This document shows, piece by piece, positions 12,350 to 24,189 of a DNA stretch of 64,000 nucleotides (position 1 is its first letter; each line of letters opens with the position of its first letter). Under the pieces are notes generated by a model. It searched no databases, was not told where the DNA came from, and worked only from the letters and a program-made list of their open reading frames with translations. The DNA comes from Leucoraja ocellata (lineage: Eukaryota), in the NCBI GenBank assembly GCA_036785375.1, contig JAWMAR010000191.1, positions 2,170,001 to 2,234,000 on the forward strand, written 5' to 3'. Made by a program: the position numbers and the translations under genes.

Positions 12350-13190
12350 TGAAATATAGAAAATAGGTGCAGGAGTCGGCCCTTCGATCCAGCACCGCCA
12401 TTCAATATGATCATGGCTGAACATCCAAACCCCATACCACGTTCTGGCTTTTACCCCATATCCCTTGATTCCCTTAGCCCTAAGAGCTAAATCTAACTCT
12501 CTCTGGAAAACATCCAGTGAATTGGCCTCCACTGCTTTTTGTGGCAGAAAATTCCACAGATTCACAACACTCTGGATAAAAATGTTTTTCCTCATCTCAA
12601 TTCTAAATGGTCTACCTCTTATTCTTAAACAGTATCTACCCTGTCCATTCCTCTAAGAATTTTACATGATTCTATAAGATCCCCTCTCATCCTAAATTCC
12701 AGTGAATACAAGCCCAGTCAACCCATTCTTTCACCATATGTCAGTCCCGCCATCCTGGGAATGAACATGGTGAACCTATGCTGCACTCCCTCAATAAGAA
12801 TAATGTTCTTCCTCAAATTAGGAGACCAAAATTGCACACAAAACTCCAGGTGCAGTCTCACCAGGGCCCTGTACAACTACAGTAAGACCTCCTTGCTCCT
12901 AAACTCAAATCCTCTTGCAATGAAGACCAACATGCCATTAGCTTTCTTCACTGCCTGCTGTACCTGTATGCTTATAGGTACAGCAGGCAGTACTGTAAGC
13001 ATATAGCTCTAATTTTGCACATTAATCTCTTGTGTGGGATCTTGTCAAAGGCTTTTTGGAAGTCCAGATATACCACATCCACTGGCTCTCCCTTATCTAT
13101 TCTACTTGTTACATCCTCAAAAAATTCCAGAAGATTAGTCAAGCATGATTTCCCCTTCATAAATCCATGCTGACTTTGATCGATCCCGTC
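12350..13190 (-). mobile_element. CR1 LINE ORF2/3' fragment with internal deletion
   Basis: ORF pieces SQHGFMKGKSCLTNLLEFFEDVT...VYLDFQKAFDK and VVNLWNFLP...FQRELD. Confidence 0.9.
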
Positions 13191-14304
13191 AGGGATCTGC
13201 AAGGATATGAGGAACTGATGCTAAACAGGCAGTGGAGTGTTAAATTAGTTTTCAATTTCATTATTCACTGTGCAGGAAAGCAATGATTTACTTGAACTAT
13301 AAGAACGTCACTGAGTTGCAACTATATGACGAATAGCTGTGTAAATTAAAGATAATCATTCTCGGGACCCTCAGATTCTTAGCTGACGAAAGGAGAAATG
13401 ACTGGAAGTGTTATCAGTCAATTGTACTGCTGTTATTTGAGGCTGCCTCGAGCTTGATCAGGATAGGCTCTTGCATTGTTTATGTATTATGATACATTTA
13501 TGATTGCCGTTCAGCCCATCAGGGATCTATGCTGATGTCCAGCAGAACAATTCTATCAGTTCCATCTGCCCCACATCCCTTTCTCCCTGCAAAATGCAAC
13601 ATTCTCTCTTGTATATGCTTGTTAAGTCCCCTTTGATTATTTAGCCACTTAACCACAGTGTGGCACAACTTACAATGGCTAATTAATCTACCAGCACATT
13701 CTTGGGCAACGCGAGGAAGCCAATTTAATCATGGGGAGAATATACTAACTCTGCACAGACTCCACCCAATATCAAGATCAATCCCAGGTTGAAGCTGGGA
13801 GGTACCACACCACACATGTTACTTACTTTGATTTTACTTGGGCTACTGTTACATTTCTCTGAAATGGTTGGTGATAAATATAAAGATGAAATAGTTAACA
13901 GAAATAGTTCACAATGGTTGATGAGTAGAACTCAGAAAAAGGTTATGCAGTGAAAACAATAGAGTTAGAAATATTACTATTTGACTTTTCACAGAAAACA
14001 GTTTTGGCATCAACGTAAGATTTGGGGTTGTGTTGGGATTGGAGGGGATGGGTGCAGCCACAAGCACAGAGGCTGAGATTGCATATGATGCAAACCTAAT
14101 GGGTGTGATAGACGTCAAAGTTAAACAGGATAAGCTCCGGTGGAGATGTGAAGACTCTTGTGAATTGGGCAGACCAGCGACAGATGAAATTCAGTAAAGA
14201 GAAATATAAAACATTTCATGCGCATGCAGAACATTTAATTATTTAAATGAAGTTATTTAAATGAAAAAAAAATCTATGCTAAATGAATGGATCTGATGAT
14301 GTTG

Positions 14305-14550
14305 GTATGATGTGATACGATAGGACTTTATTTATCCCAGGAGGGAAATTGATCTGCCAACAGTCATAAAACACAAAATACATGAAACATGAAATTAAAG
14401 TGACGAGTGGAAAGGATTGGGGATGTGCAAATATTGTTGGGGGGGGGGGGGGGGGGGGGGTAGTGGGAGGAGAGTCAGTCCCCGTGACAGAAGGTGGAGG
14501 AGTTGTACAGTTTGATAGCCACAGGGAAGAAGGATCTCCTGTGGCGTACT
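14305..14550 (-). mobile_element. Rex1/Babar-type 3'UTR fragment containing a G22 run
   Basis: Tail gatgtgatacgata+ctttattt and a tttgatagccacagggaagaa (SFFPVAIKL on -) remnant. The G22 run is at 14439-14460. Confidence 0.55.
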
Positions 14551-15422
14551 GTACTGACCGACAAGCAGATGAAGATAACAATGTTCACTGGCAGTAATTG
14601 AAAATAAAATCTCAGTAAAGGAACCACATTTGAGCCTTAAAGGTGAAATAATCCTGTCATTTTCTAAACCGCTCATGCAAATCACTCCGCTATACAGTAT
14701 ATGATTATAGTCACTACAATACGGAAAGGATCTCACATTTTCTAAGAGAATACTGAAGGGAACAACCAAAATATTGGGAGTAATGAAGGATAGATTAAAA
14801 GGAGCAATTATAAAAAGTGGCTACAATGTGATGGGATTTTTTTTTCTGGATTTTGAAATCACTTTGTGAAAAGGAGTCAAGTCTGACACACTGTGACCAT
14901 TACTTAGTCTTTTATTAAAGCACATGTCACACACGTCCCAGCACTGACTGCATCTAGTCTTCAGGCGTACTGGAACCAAAAGGGAGGAACAAGGGGAGGA
15001 TATCACTGTTATACTGATATGGCTGGGCGTGGTTAGTGGTGTTGAGGTAGCTACATTATAGGTTGCATGCATAAACCATCTACACTTTGTAATACAAGTT
15101 AGATAAATTTATGTTAATAACAAATAACCAGACACAGTAAATGATGAATATAATGCATAAGTAAAAATATAAAGGAGTCCTTATGTACAATAAGTGAGCA
15201 CACTGATCAATTTGCAGCAGTTACTGGATAATGTACAGTTTAGACCTCATTGTATCAAAATAGTGCCATCAAACATTGTTAATATGTGGACCATGAAATG
15301 CATTTCAAAAATAGACAAATACACTACAGTAACATGGCTAACTGCATTTTCCTCCAGGATTTTTGTAGTGATTGTATTAAAGTAAAAAGATAAACAAACG
15401 GCTTTTTTAACTTTTTCAATAG

Positions 15423-15570
15423 TTGATGCAGCAACAAGCAACGATAATGGCGTCAGTTGCGCAGGGAGGTTACCTGAACCCGATGGCAGCATTTGCAGCA
15501 GCACAGATGCAGCAGATGGCAGCCTTGAATATGAATGGACTTGCAGCTACACCCATGACACCAACATCAG
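15423..15570 (+). CDS. CELF4: CELF4 internal coding exon (linker/divergent domain), 148 nt
   Basis: Acceptor ttttttaactttttcaatAG (AG at 15421-15422) and donor CAG|gtatgt. Encodes [49 protein letters not shown]+G, recognised as nearly identical to vertebrate CELF4. Confidence 0.93.
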
Positions 15571-15734
15571 GTATGTGTGGCAGTGGGGCCAATGAAGAAT
15601 TTGATATTATCCCATATTTCTTCACTTTTGACGACTATCATTTATGACACCATTATTCACGTTTCATTTATAGCATAGACATTTTTCATTACAACCTTAC
15701 ATTTTTTTGTATAACAATATCATGATTTCTAGCA

Positions 15735-15895
15735 TGGAGTCATACAGTGTGGAAACAGGCTGTCTTTCTCAACCCATCTTGCCCATGGCAACCACTATGC
15801 CCCATCTACGCTAGTCTCACCTTCCTGCTCTTGGCCCATAGCCCTCTAAACCTATCCAATCCATGTACCTGTCCAAATCTTTCTTAAATGTTATA
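15735..15895 (-). mobile_element. CR1 3' end fragment
   Basis: gagtcatacagtgtggaaacagg...ccctctaaacctatcc...ccatgtacctgtc, the reverse of the tail at 29680-29830. Confidence 0.65.
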
Positions 15896-16319
15896 TAATT
15901 CCGAACAAAATTTCTAAAGCCATTCATATAGTTTTTTTTCCTTTATAGTTGTCAATACCAAGATGCTTTTTATTAATCATTTATTTACTGTAGCATTGTT
16001 GTTTTTATGCATCCTTTTCTGAACGATTTCACTTACCTTTGTGTGCAGTTTAAGAAGAATAAGCAGTCCAATGATACTCCATCCAAGTCCAATCCTGCCT
16101 TCACCTGCAATCTAGTGACATTCACAATTTTCAGTGAAGTATCGTGTTGAATATCAAACGTGAGCAGGACCCTCGCAGGCTAACTTATCTCCCAGTTTGT
16201 TTTCAGTGTTCACCAAAGCCTTGCTGTCACATTTCCACAGAAACCTTCTGAAATATGTTCTCAGTACAGGGCAAGGATCCACACTATGAATAGAATTACA
16301 CAATTGTTGGTGTGAGTAT

Positions 16320-16890
16320 GATAAGGTTCATAAGGTTCATTTATTGTCACATACACCAATTGGTGTAGTAAAATTCATTGGCCAGGTCAGTCATACAATT
16401 TAAAAAAGCAACAGACTCAAAAAACACATTTTAACATAAACATCCATCACAGTGACTCCTACACATTCCTCACTGTGATGGAAGGCGAAAATAAAGCTCA
16501 AGTCCTTCCCTTGTTGTTGTTCCTGGTTGGGGGCCTCGAGCCCTGTTGACGGGACGGTCTTGACTCCCGTAGCCAGCGGCGTTCAAGCCCTCCGCGTCGA
16601 GGCGTTCAGCTGCCGCATCGGGGGGATGTCAGCTCCCCCGCGCCGGGCGATCGAATGTCGCGTCGGGGCTGGACGAACCTTCTGCGGCTTTGGAGCTCCC
16701 GACTAGCCTCTCCCGAGACTGTGAGCCCTTGATGGTAAGTCCGCAGGCCGCGGTGGGAACGGTCCCAGGCAAGGGATCCGCTCCGATGGTAAGTACGCGC
16801 CCCGCGGTGGGGCTCACGACAGTCCGAGGTGGCTCCCAACTCCAGCGATGGTAGGCCGCAGGGCGCGGAGAATGTGACCCGTGTATCCGC
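16320..16890 (-). mobile_element. CpG-rich non-autonomous element with Rex1-like 3' tail and stem-loop
   Basis: (aaggttcat)2 tail, tttattgtca, a 13-bp hairpin tccatcacagtga/tcactgtgatgga (16443-16482) and a GC-rich body. Related to 18300-18660 and 59575-60255. Confidence 0.65.
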
Positions 16891-18299
16891 CCCCTGTAGT
16901 AATTGATGAATTGATGATATCAGATACATTGAAAGCCCCAAGGTAAACCTCTTGCAAAAATAACTTATGAAATTAAACTTTACCATTGATTTCTCTAGAC
17001 AGCAGCTCTCATCCGTGCTATCAGGAAATTTGTTGAGCAAGAATAACATATTGAAGACCACACATAGAATTAATCCAGCATACATTTATTAGTTTCTAGG
17101 ATGCGCACATGAGGAGTGCATGTGGTACAAACCTAGCCTTCAAATGTAATACAGTGCAAGTAAGCTGGCAGGGAGCTTTCCATCTTTTCTGAAGTTAATG
17201 AAAATAAGGAGACAAATCATAAAATCAAAATTACTCCATTGCCTGAGCAATGGTGCCTACAGCACAGTTGTTGTTTAGTTGCAAGATAGGTGGAAGGAAG
17301 AACATTTTACATTTACAGCAGGGGTGCGGAAAGGGAGGTGCTGAAGCAGAAAGTAGTGGCCTATGAGCATCACATGCCTCTATCATCTTCACTGTTGCAA
17401 ATGTGACCCTTTGGGTCATTGTTGCAAAGATTCTGTAAGCATCAGCGTATTATGTAAACTACCTACAACAACATCAACCTTAGAGCACTCCCTCGCCACC
17501 TCTTCTGATGCAACCACATGGACTGCTAACACAGTGTCAATGCCCTTGGAACCACAATGAAAACCAAGGACATCCATCGATAAAACATCAGAATACTCAA
17601 AGCAAAACCCGAATGCAATGAATTCTTTAAGATTCTTGACATTACGACGATGTGAGTGAGAAAGAATGGATGCTAAAATATCCAATACTTTTTTTTGTTA
17701 TTTACAACACATTGAACTATCCCCAGCTATTTCTTGAACCATCTGCTAATTGAGCACACTGTCAGTCAGATGGAAAGCACCTCATTTCAATGACACAATG
17801 ATTCTTTGCTTCATGCAAGCGTTATTAAAGTCCTTCTGACTAGAAACGAGTTGGCATCAACTATGATTGCGTTAAGCACAAAGCACACTTTGTGATAATT
17901 AGGACTCATGTACGCTGTAAAAGTGCAGATGGAATGGAAGGGAAAATAAGTACTGGTTTGGAGTCATTTAAATAATGTAAGTGACAACTTGGATACATTC
18001 GTAGTCATTAGCCAGCCCCACTTCAAGTAGGGCAATTATCTTTGTAGGTCAAATTTTTAAGCATATTTGCTTTTCAATTGCCAAACTCCACCCTGACTTT
18101 TCCTACAAGACATTCTTCATCCATTCCTTCCATAACCTCTGCACTCAATGATTCCTCATTCTCAATTACTTTAATTTCTATTTTGGTTACTGTTGCCTTT
18201 CCTCTTCTAGACTTACTGCATTCCTTTATACCAGAGGTCTTTGTGTATATATTCTGCTGATTACAGCCATGACAAACACCCAGTGCAATCCCAAGATTC

Positions 18300-18662
18300 A
18301 TAGGTTTCAAAGGTTTCAAAGGTCTTTTATTGTCACGTGTACCAATTAAGGTACAGTGATATGCAAATTACCATACAGCCATACTAAAAAAGCAACAAGA
18401 CACACAACCACATAAACGTTAACATAAACATCCGCCACAGCAAATGCCCCACATTCCTCACTGTGATGGAAGGCAATAAAGTCTAATCCTCTTCCCTCAT
18501 TTTTCTCCCACGGTCGGGGCAGTCGAGCCATCCGTTGGGGCGATCAAAGCTCCATGCAGCCGGCGGTCGAAGCCCCCGCTTTGGGGTGATCGAAGTTCCC
18601 GTGTCGGGGCGATCGAAGTTCCCGTGTCGGGGCGATCAAAGCTCCTGCAGCTTGGAGTTCCC
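18300..18662 (-). mobile_element. Same CpG-rich family, shorter copy with 23-bp minisatellite
   Basis: (aggtttcaa)2 tail and cattcctcactgtgatggaaggc. Tandem gggg(t/c)gatcgaagttcccgtgtc at about 18583-18645. Confidence 0.6.
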
Positions 18663-19069
18663 AATGACTCTCAATTTGCATTTTCTCACATTATATTTTA
18701 GTTGCATTTAAAAGCAATTCATTGGATGAGAAGCTGTTAAGGAAGTCCCAAAAAGTGCAAGTTGCCGTTTATAAACACATTTTGTGTTTCAGAGAATTTC
18801 CTGGTATTGATGTATTTTTCTGACCAGTTCCTTGTATCTTGCAACAGCCAGATATTTCTAACCTCTTCTGCACTGATTCTGGAGGTAAATGGGGTCAGAA
18901 GAGATCAGCACAATGGCTGCCATGGACATGTTGGGTTGAAGGAGCTGCATGACTGTACGGCCTGATGACTTTATGATTTCAAGTACATTGCGAATATAGC
19001 CATCTGTCGACGGATCTGGCAGGAACAAGTGCGATTAGGTCTTGTTCTCCATTACCAAATTACTCACGA

Positions 19070-19415
19070 CTTAACCATATATAACCATATAACAATTACA
19101 GCACGGAAACAGGCCATCTCGGCCCTACAAGTCCATGCCGAACAAACTTTTTTTCCCCTTAGTCCCACCTCCCTGCACTCATACCATAACCCTCCATTCC
19201 CTTCTCATCCATATGCCTATCCAATTTATTTTTAAATGATACCAATGAACCTGCCTCCACCACTTCCACTGGGAGCTCATTCCACACCGCCACCACTCTC
19301 TGCGTAAAGAAGTTCCCCCTCATATTACCCCTAAACTTCTGTCCCTTAATTCTGAAGTCATGTCCTCTTGTTTGAATCTTCCCTATTCTCAAAGGGAAAA
19401 GCTTGTCCACATCAA
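19070..19415 (-). mobile_element. CR1 LINE 3' fragment ((aaccatat)n-tailed subfamily)
   Basis: ORF 19159-19410 ...QTRGHDFRIKGQKF...FFTQRVVAVWNELP... Confidence 0.85.
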
Positions 19416-19527
19416 CTTAAAGGTGAATCTGATGAATAACTGAGGTGTTTTGCTCCACTGTGAATCGTCTCCATGAATTCTGTTCTCTGTCTCACTACCA
19501 ATAGGATGTAGAAGGATATGTTGTGAA

Positions 19528-19765
19528 CTTCACAGAGAGTTGTGAATCTGTGGAATTCTCTGCCACCGAAGGCAGTGGAGACCAATTCACTGGATGTTTT
19601 CAAGAGAGAGAGATTCAGCTCTTGGGGCTAAAGGAGTCAAGGGATATGAGGAAAAAGCAGGAAGGGAGTATTGATTTTAAATGATTAGCCATGATCATAT
19701 TGAATGGCTCGAACGGCCAAATGGCCTACTCCTGCACCTATTTTCCTATGTGTCTATGTTTCTTT
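19528..19765 (+). mobile_element. CR1 3' fragment
   Basis: cagagagttgtgaatctgtggaattctc...cctactcctgcacctatttt plus a ctatgt tail. Confidence 0.8.
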
Positions 19766-20209
19766 GTTTCTTGCTTTACTTTGACTATCTGTTTAGCCAT
19801 TCTGCTGCCCCTCCCCTTTCCCTTGTTCATTGATCTCCTCCCTGCCCCTAAACCTCGGTGACATCTCCCATATATTTTTTTTGACTACTCTCTGGGCTTC
19901 CATCCATTTTCTGGCTTGACATTTTCAAATTGGTGACATCCATGAATCTACCCCTATGTTGACATTCTCCCATTTCCAGTCGCTCACTGCCGAATTTCCT
20001 TTGATCTGGTCTTCCCCATCACCCATATTATAAATGGTTTCCTCTCCTCAGATCAAATCCCTTATCAGAATCTTTGCATCTCGAATCTTGTCTTGCCATT
20101 TGATGTGAAGTACTCTGTGGAGCCAGGTCATGTGGAAGTGGTTCGGCTGCCTGGCATGTCAGCTGTACATTGTCCATATCTTGCAATCATAGAGTAAAGT
20201 GCGTATAAC

Positions 20210-20529
20210 GTGGATTGCAAGTATGTTGGACACCGCTCATCTTGAGGAAATGCGATTCCTCCTAATGGATAAATCAGACCAATTCATAACGAGTTGGTCT
20301 CCATTCGTCGTTTTTTTGGAATCATATGGTGCAACACAATTGTAAAAAATAACTGTTTCAGGACTGGACGAGGGTTGGTCAAGATTATAAATAATGATCT
20401 CCTTTTCTTTTTTATTTTATTTTCTTTTCACTATTTTCTCTCTCAACTTTCTTCATTTACTCGTTTTCTTTCTTCACACACTATATATTTCACATCTTTC
20501 TATCCTTTACTAATAAATTAAAAAAAAAA
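20210..20529 (+). mobile_element. 5'-truncated L1-type LINE with poly(A) and 14-bp TSD
   Basis: TSD aaagtgcgtataac at 20196-20209 and 20530-20543. ORF end WIASMLDTAHLEEMRFLLMDKSDQFITSWSPF resembles the L1 ORF2 C-terminus. AATAAA is followed by an A tail. Confidence 0.8.
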
Positions 20530-20559
20530 AAAGTGCGTATAACAATAGTATGATGCTCT

Positions 20560-20852
20560 TTAGACTTTAGAGATACAGCGTGGAAACAGGCCCTTCGGCC
20601 CACCAGGTCCGCACTGACCAGCAATTAAGCCATACACCAGCATGGGTCAACACTACACACTAGGGACAATTTACAATTTTACCGAAGCCAGATAACGTAC
20701 GTCTTCCGAATGTGGGAGGACACTGGAGCACCCAGGGAAAACCCACGCAGTCACAGGGAGAACGTAAGAACTCCATACAGGCAGCGCCCATAGTCAGGAT
20801 CGAACCTGGGTCTCTGGCGCTGTAAGGCAGCAGCTCTGCCACAGCACTGCCA
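20560..20852 (-). mobile_element. V-SINE (HE1-like)
   Basis: Reverse complement of the 2935-3200 family, with a tRNA-like head near 20790-20850. Confidence 0.8.
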
Positions 20853-22793
20853 ATATGCCGCCACCCCTTCCGCTTGGTTTGCGACTGTTCCTCTTCGTTC
20901 CCACACTTTATGAGTCAGTCATATATCCTGTATGTAAATCTGGCTTTTGCTTCCTGTTCTGGACTTCGCCATCAGTGTTGACCTATCTGAAGACAGTGCT
21001 GCCAAGGTGTGAGAACGTGCCCACTACTGAAAGCCACTGACCGTTCACAAGGATGTGGTGTCTGATGCAAGCAAACGAATAAGCCGCAAACAGTTGACAA
21101 AAGAGTTAAAGAAAAGAAATGATCAAAGTTAGAGCTCGGCCAGGACAACTGCCATTTATTAAAATCAGGAATAAACATTCGTAAGAATGACAAATCACCG
21201 TTACCAGCAGACAAAGAGCAAAACATTCCTTATCCAGGAAACCTATACTAGAAACACTCAGCCAGTCAGTCAATTCTGAAGGATATTCTCCTTAAATTAA
21301 GCTTTCTTTTCTTGCACAGATGCTGCCTGACCTCCAAATGTTGCAAGCATTTCCAATATTAAAATGAGATGCACTGGCAGACTTTTCTCAGTAGCAGTAG
21401 TGCAGTGGACTTCAGCACCATCAAAGTCTTCCAAATATACTTTCTTGGATCAAATTATTGAAGAACAGATGGATGAGCTTTATGTGGGATATCTGGCAGA
21501 TTTGGGTAGAGAGGAAACAGTTCTACTTCTCTGGCATCTCCATCCACCAGAAAGATAACTGGCTCCATTGCCGGATGTAGAGCAAAGTCCATGCACCCAA
21601 ACTGCGCAGAGGCCATCCTCAACCATCAAACAGACCAACAGATTTTATGTGAGTGCTGCCTGACCCACTGAGTTACTCCAGCACTTTGTGTCTATTCTAA
21701 TTATCCTTGTTATAATGCAATTGTCAACGCATTTCTTAATGAAACTGAAGACGACTTTGTTATACTCAGTCAGGCTGGGTGAAGTGATTTTGAACATCGT
21801 CTAGTCCATGAACTCAAGGCAGACCAGACGTAAACCCTCCTCAGGCCACCACTGTATCGTTCTCTTCATTGGTGCTTTGAACTTCAGTCTCTATCTGTAA
21901 GCTGGCAGAAGCAGGTGATCAGACCAGCTAAAATGAGGTTGAGGGATGGAGCAATGGGTGTACATGGACGGCTTGATTGTAATCACGTATTGTCTTTCCA
22001 CTGACTGGTTAGCAAGCAACAAAATCTTATCACTGTACCTCAATACACATGACAATAAACTAAACTAGAGTGTCAAATCTCCGTGTGGAACTAGAGACCT
22101 GCTGATGGTATTTGAGAAGTACGTTCTTGAAGTTAGTTTGAAGCCTCCTGCTCTACAAAACATCATGCTTTTCTGTTTCCAGAGCATTGACAATTGAGTC
22201 TAATTCAACGAGTACCACTGTGGCATTATCATGTAGACCACCAACAAGAAGGTAGAGGTGAATTCCCTTGGTTGATAAAGGTGACAAAATGTTATGAACA
22301 ATCATTCCAGTTCAGGCGAGCAGAATTGATCTAAGATCATCACAACAGTGCACCAGGAAAAGACACAATCTACTGGAGTAACTTAGCAGGTCAGGCAGCA
22401 TCACCACAAAGCATTGACCAAAAAGCAGACAGCGCTGCCTTTCCCTTTTGCCTGAGGATTCCATATGGTCCATACAATAAATGGAGGAAACCTCAGGTTA
22501 TATAGCAGGGTGAGCCATGTTTCTGTGGGATATTGATGTTAGATGATCATGGGGTACTGATTTTAGATGATCAGCTATTGAATGGCGGTGCTGGCTCGAA
22601 GGGCCAAATAGCCTACTCCTGCACCTATTTTCCTATATTTCTCAGTTTCTACAAAGAACACAGCAGTCCCGGATCTTGATTTGAAACAGCAGCCTTGTTC
22701 TTTCAGCTTGTTCTCGAGTGATTGAATGTTACCTGGAAGTATGCTGGAGAAAGGGGGTACCTGGAATCCCTCAGTTTCAGCCTTACCCTTCAC

Positions 22794-22838
22794 ACCCCCC
22801 CCCCCCCCCCCTCCACCCCCCCACCCCCCTCTCCCCCC
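22794..22838. repeat. C-rich low-complexity tract (G-quadruplex-capable on -)
   Basis: Long C runs interrupted by single a/t bases. Confidence 0.8.
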
Positions 22839-23610
22839 AGCTCACTGCCACTCTTCCTTCTTCTGATAGTACTCACAGCTGTACCAGTAGGGTCGGGTCC
22901 AATAAAGATCATTAGTTCTAAGAGTTCCTTTGAAATGGCGAATATTTTCAGTGCTGGAATAAATGATTTTCTCAGCAGTAGAGTCGCCTATAGACCGGAA
23001 AAGCTAAGGATGGGGAGATCTGCTTCTAAGAAGGATTTAGCAAATCAAATGTTTTCTTGCAACAATCCAGTGGTTTCATGCTTACTATTACTAGCTTTTT
23101 TCGTTCTCGAATCCCAGATTATCTTAATTACCTGAGTTTAAATTCCCAGCTCTCGCGGGGGATTCAAACTAGGTTTAGGGATCAATCATCCAGGACTCAT
23201 ACTGCTAATGTAGTAACTTAATAACAATACTACCATGTCCCTTGGTGGCAAAACTGAAGGATTGTTCAACACACTGCCAATTTACTGTCACGTAGGGTTA
23301 GAATCTCCGTCAATGCTTTCAACACAATTAGCTGGCAAGATGCTAACCTTTAAACTTTCCTCCCGCACCTCTCCACTTCTCTAATCTTACATTCTATTGT
23401 TAAGGCATGTCTAAAAGTATGATTGAAGCTTGATTCCAAGTTCTCTCTCGTCGCGTTGTTTTATGTGAAGTACCATGTATTGTTTTGTTAGACTAAACGT
23501 GATTGATGGTGATTTCCAGTCTCATTTCAGCCATGGCAAACAATTATGCAGAAATTGTATAGTGGAGCAAATATTATTAGCAGCATATGCAACATTCTTA
23601 ACTTTCTTCA

Positions 23611-23735
23611 CAGTCTGAAGAAGGGTCCCGACCCAAAACATCACCCATCCTTTTTCTCCAGAGATGGTACCTGACCTGCTGAGTTATTCCAGTACTTTGT
23701 GTCTATATTCGGTATAGACCAGCATTTGCTGTCTT
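23611..23735 (+). mobile_element. Penelope-related short repeat, hammerhead GAAA box mutated
   Basis: cagtctgaagaagggtcccgacccaaaacatc...ccagcatttgc. Confidence 0.7.
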
Positions 23736-24189
23736 AACTTTTGATGTATGTGCTATTAGCCACGCACATCTTTTGTGAAGCAACCACTTAAGCAAGTCTT
23801 CAAAGATCCATTCAAGCATTGCTGGACTGGAACAGAAATATTTGCACTGGCTTTTAAAAAAAACCTTCAGTAACCTTGCCCTGAAGTCTTCTAACATGGA
23901 CAAACAAACATGGACAAACAAATAATTGGTCTTTCAACATGCACTAGCATTGCCAAAAAGAACCCTTTCCAGACAAGTATGAGCATGAAGTGACATTTCC
24001 ATAACAGTTGGACAGATATCATATATATAAGGAAAGTTGTATTATTATCGCTGGCAACAGTGGGTCCATCTCCATACCTTCTCTCCAGAGATGCTGCCTG
24101 TCCTGCTGAGTTAATCCAGCATTTTGTGTCTACCCTCAAATTAAACAAGCATCTGCAGTTCTTTCCTACTCAATAAACTCAATGCATTC

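Noticed and set aside
15571-15647. ORF extension beyond the CELF4 exon (MCGSGANEE...)
   Set aside because: Intronic read-through past a canonical donor; similarity to CELF4 stops at 15570.
18570-18650. CRISPR-like or other prokaryotic repeat array
   Set aside because: The units are directly adjacent with no unique spacers, there are no cas genes, and the context is a vertebrate intron.
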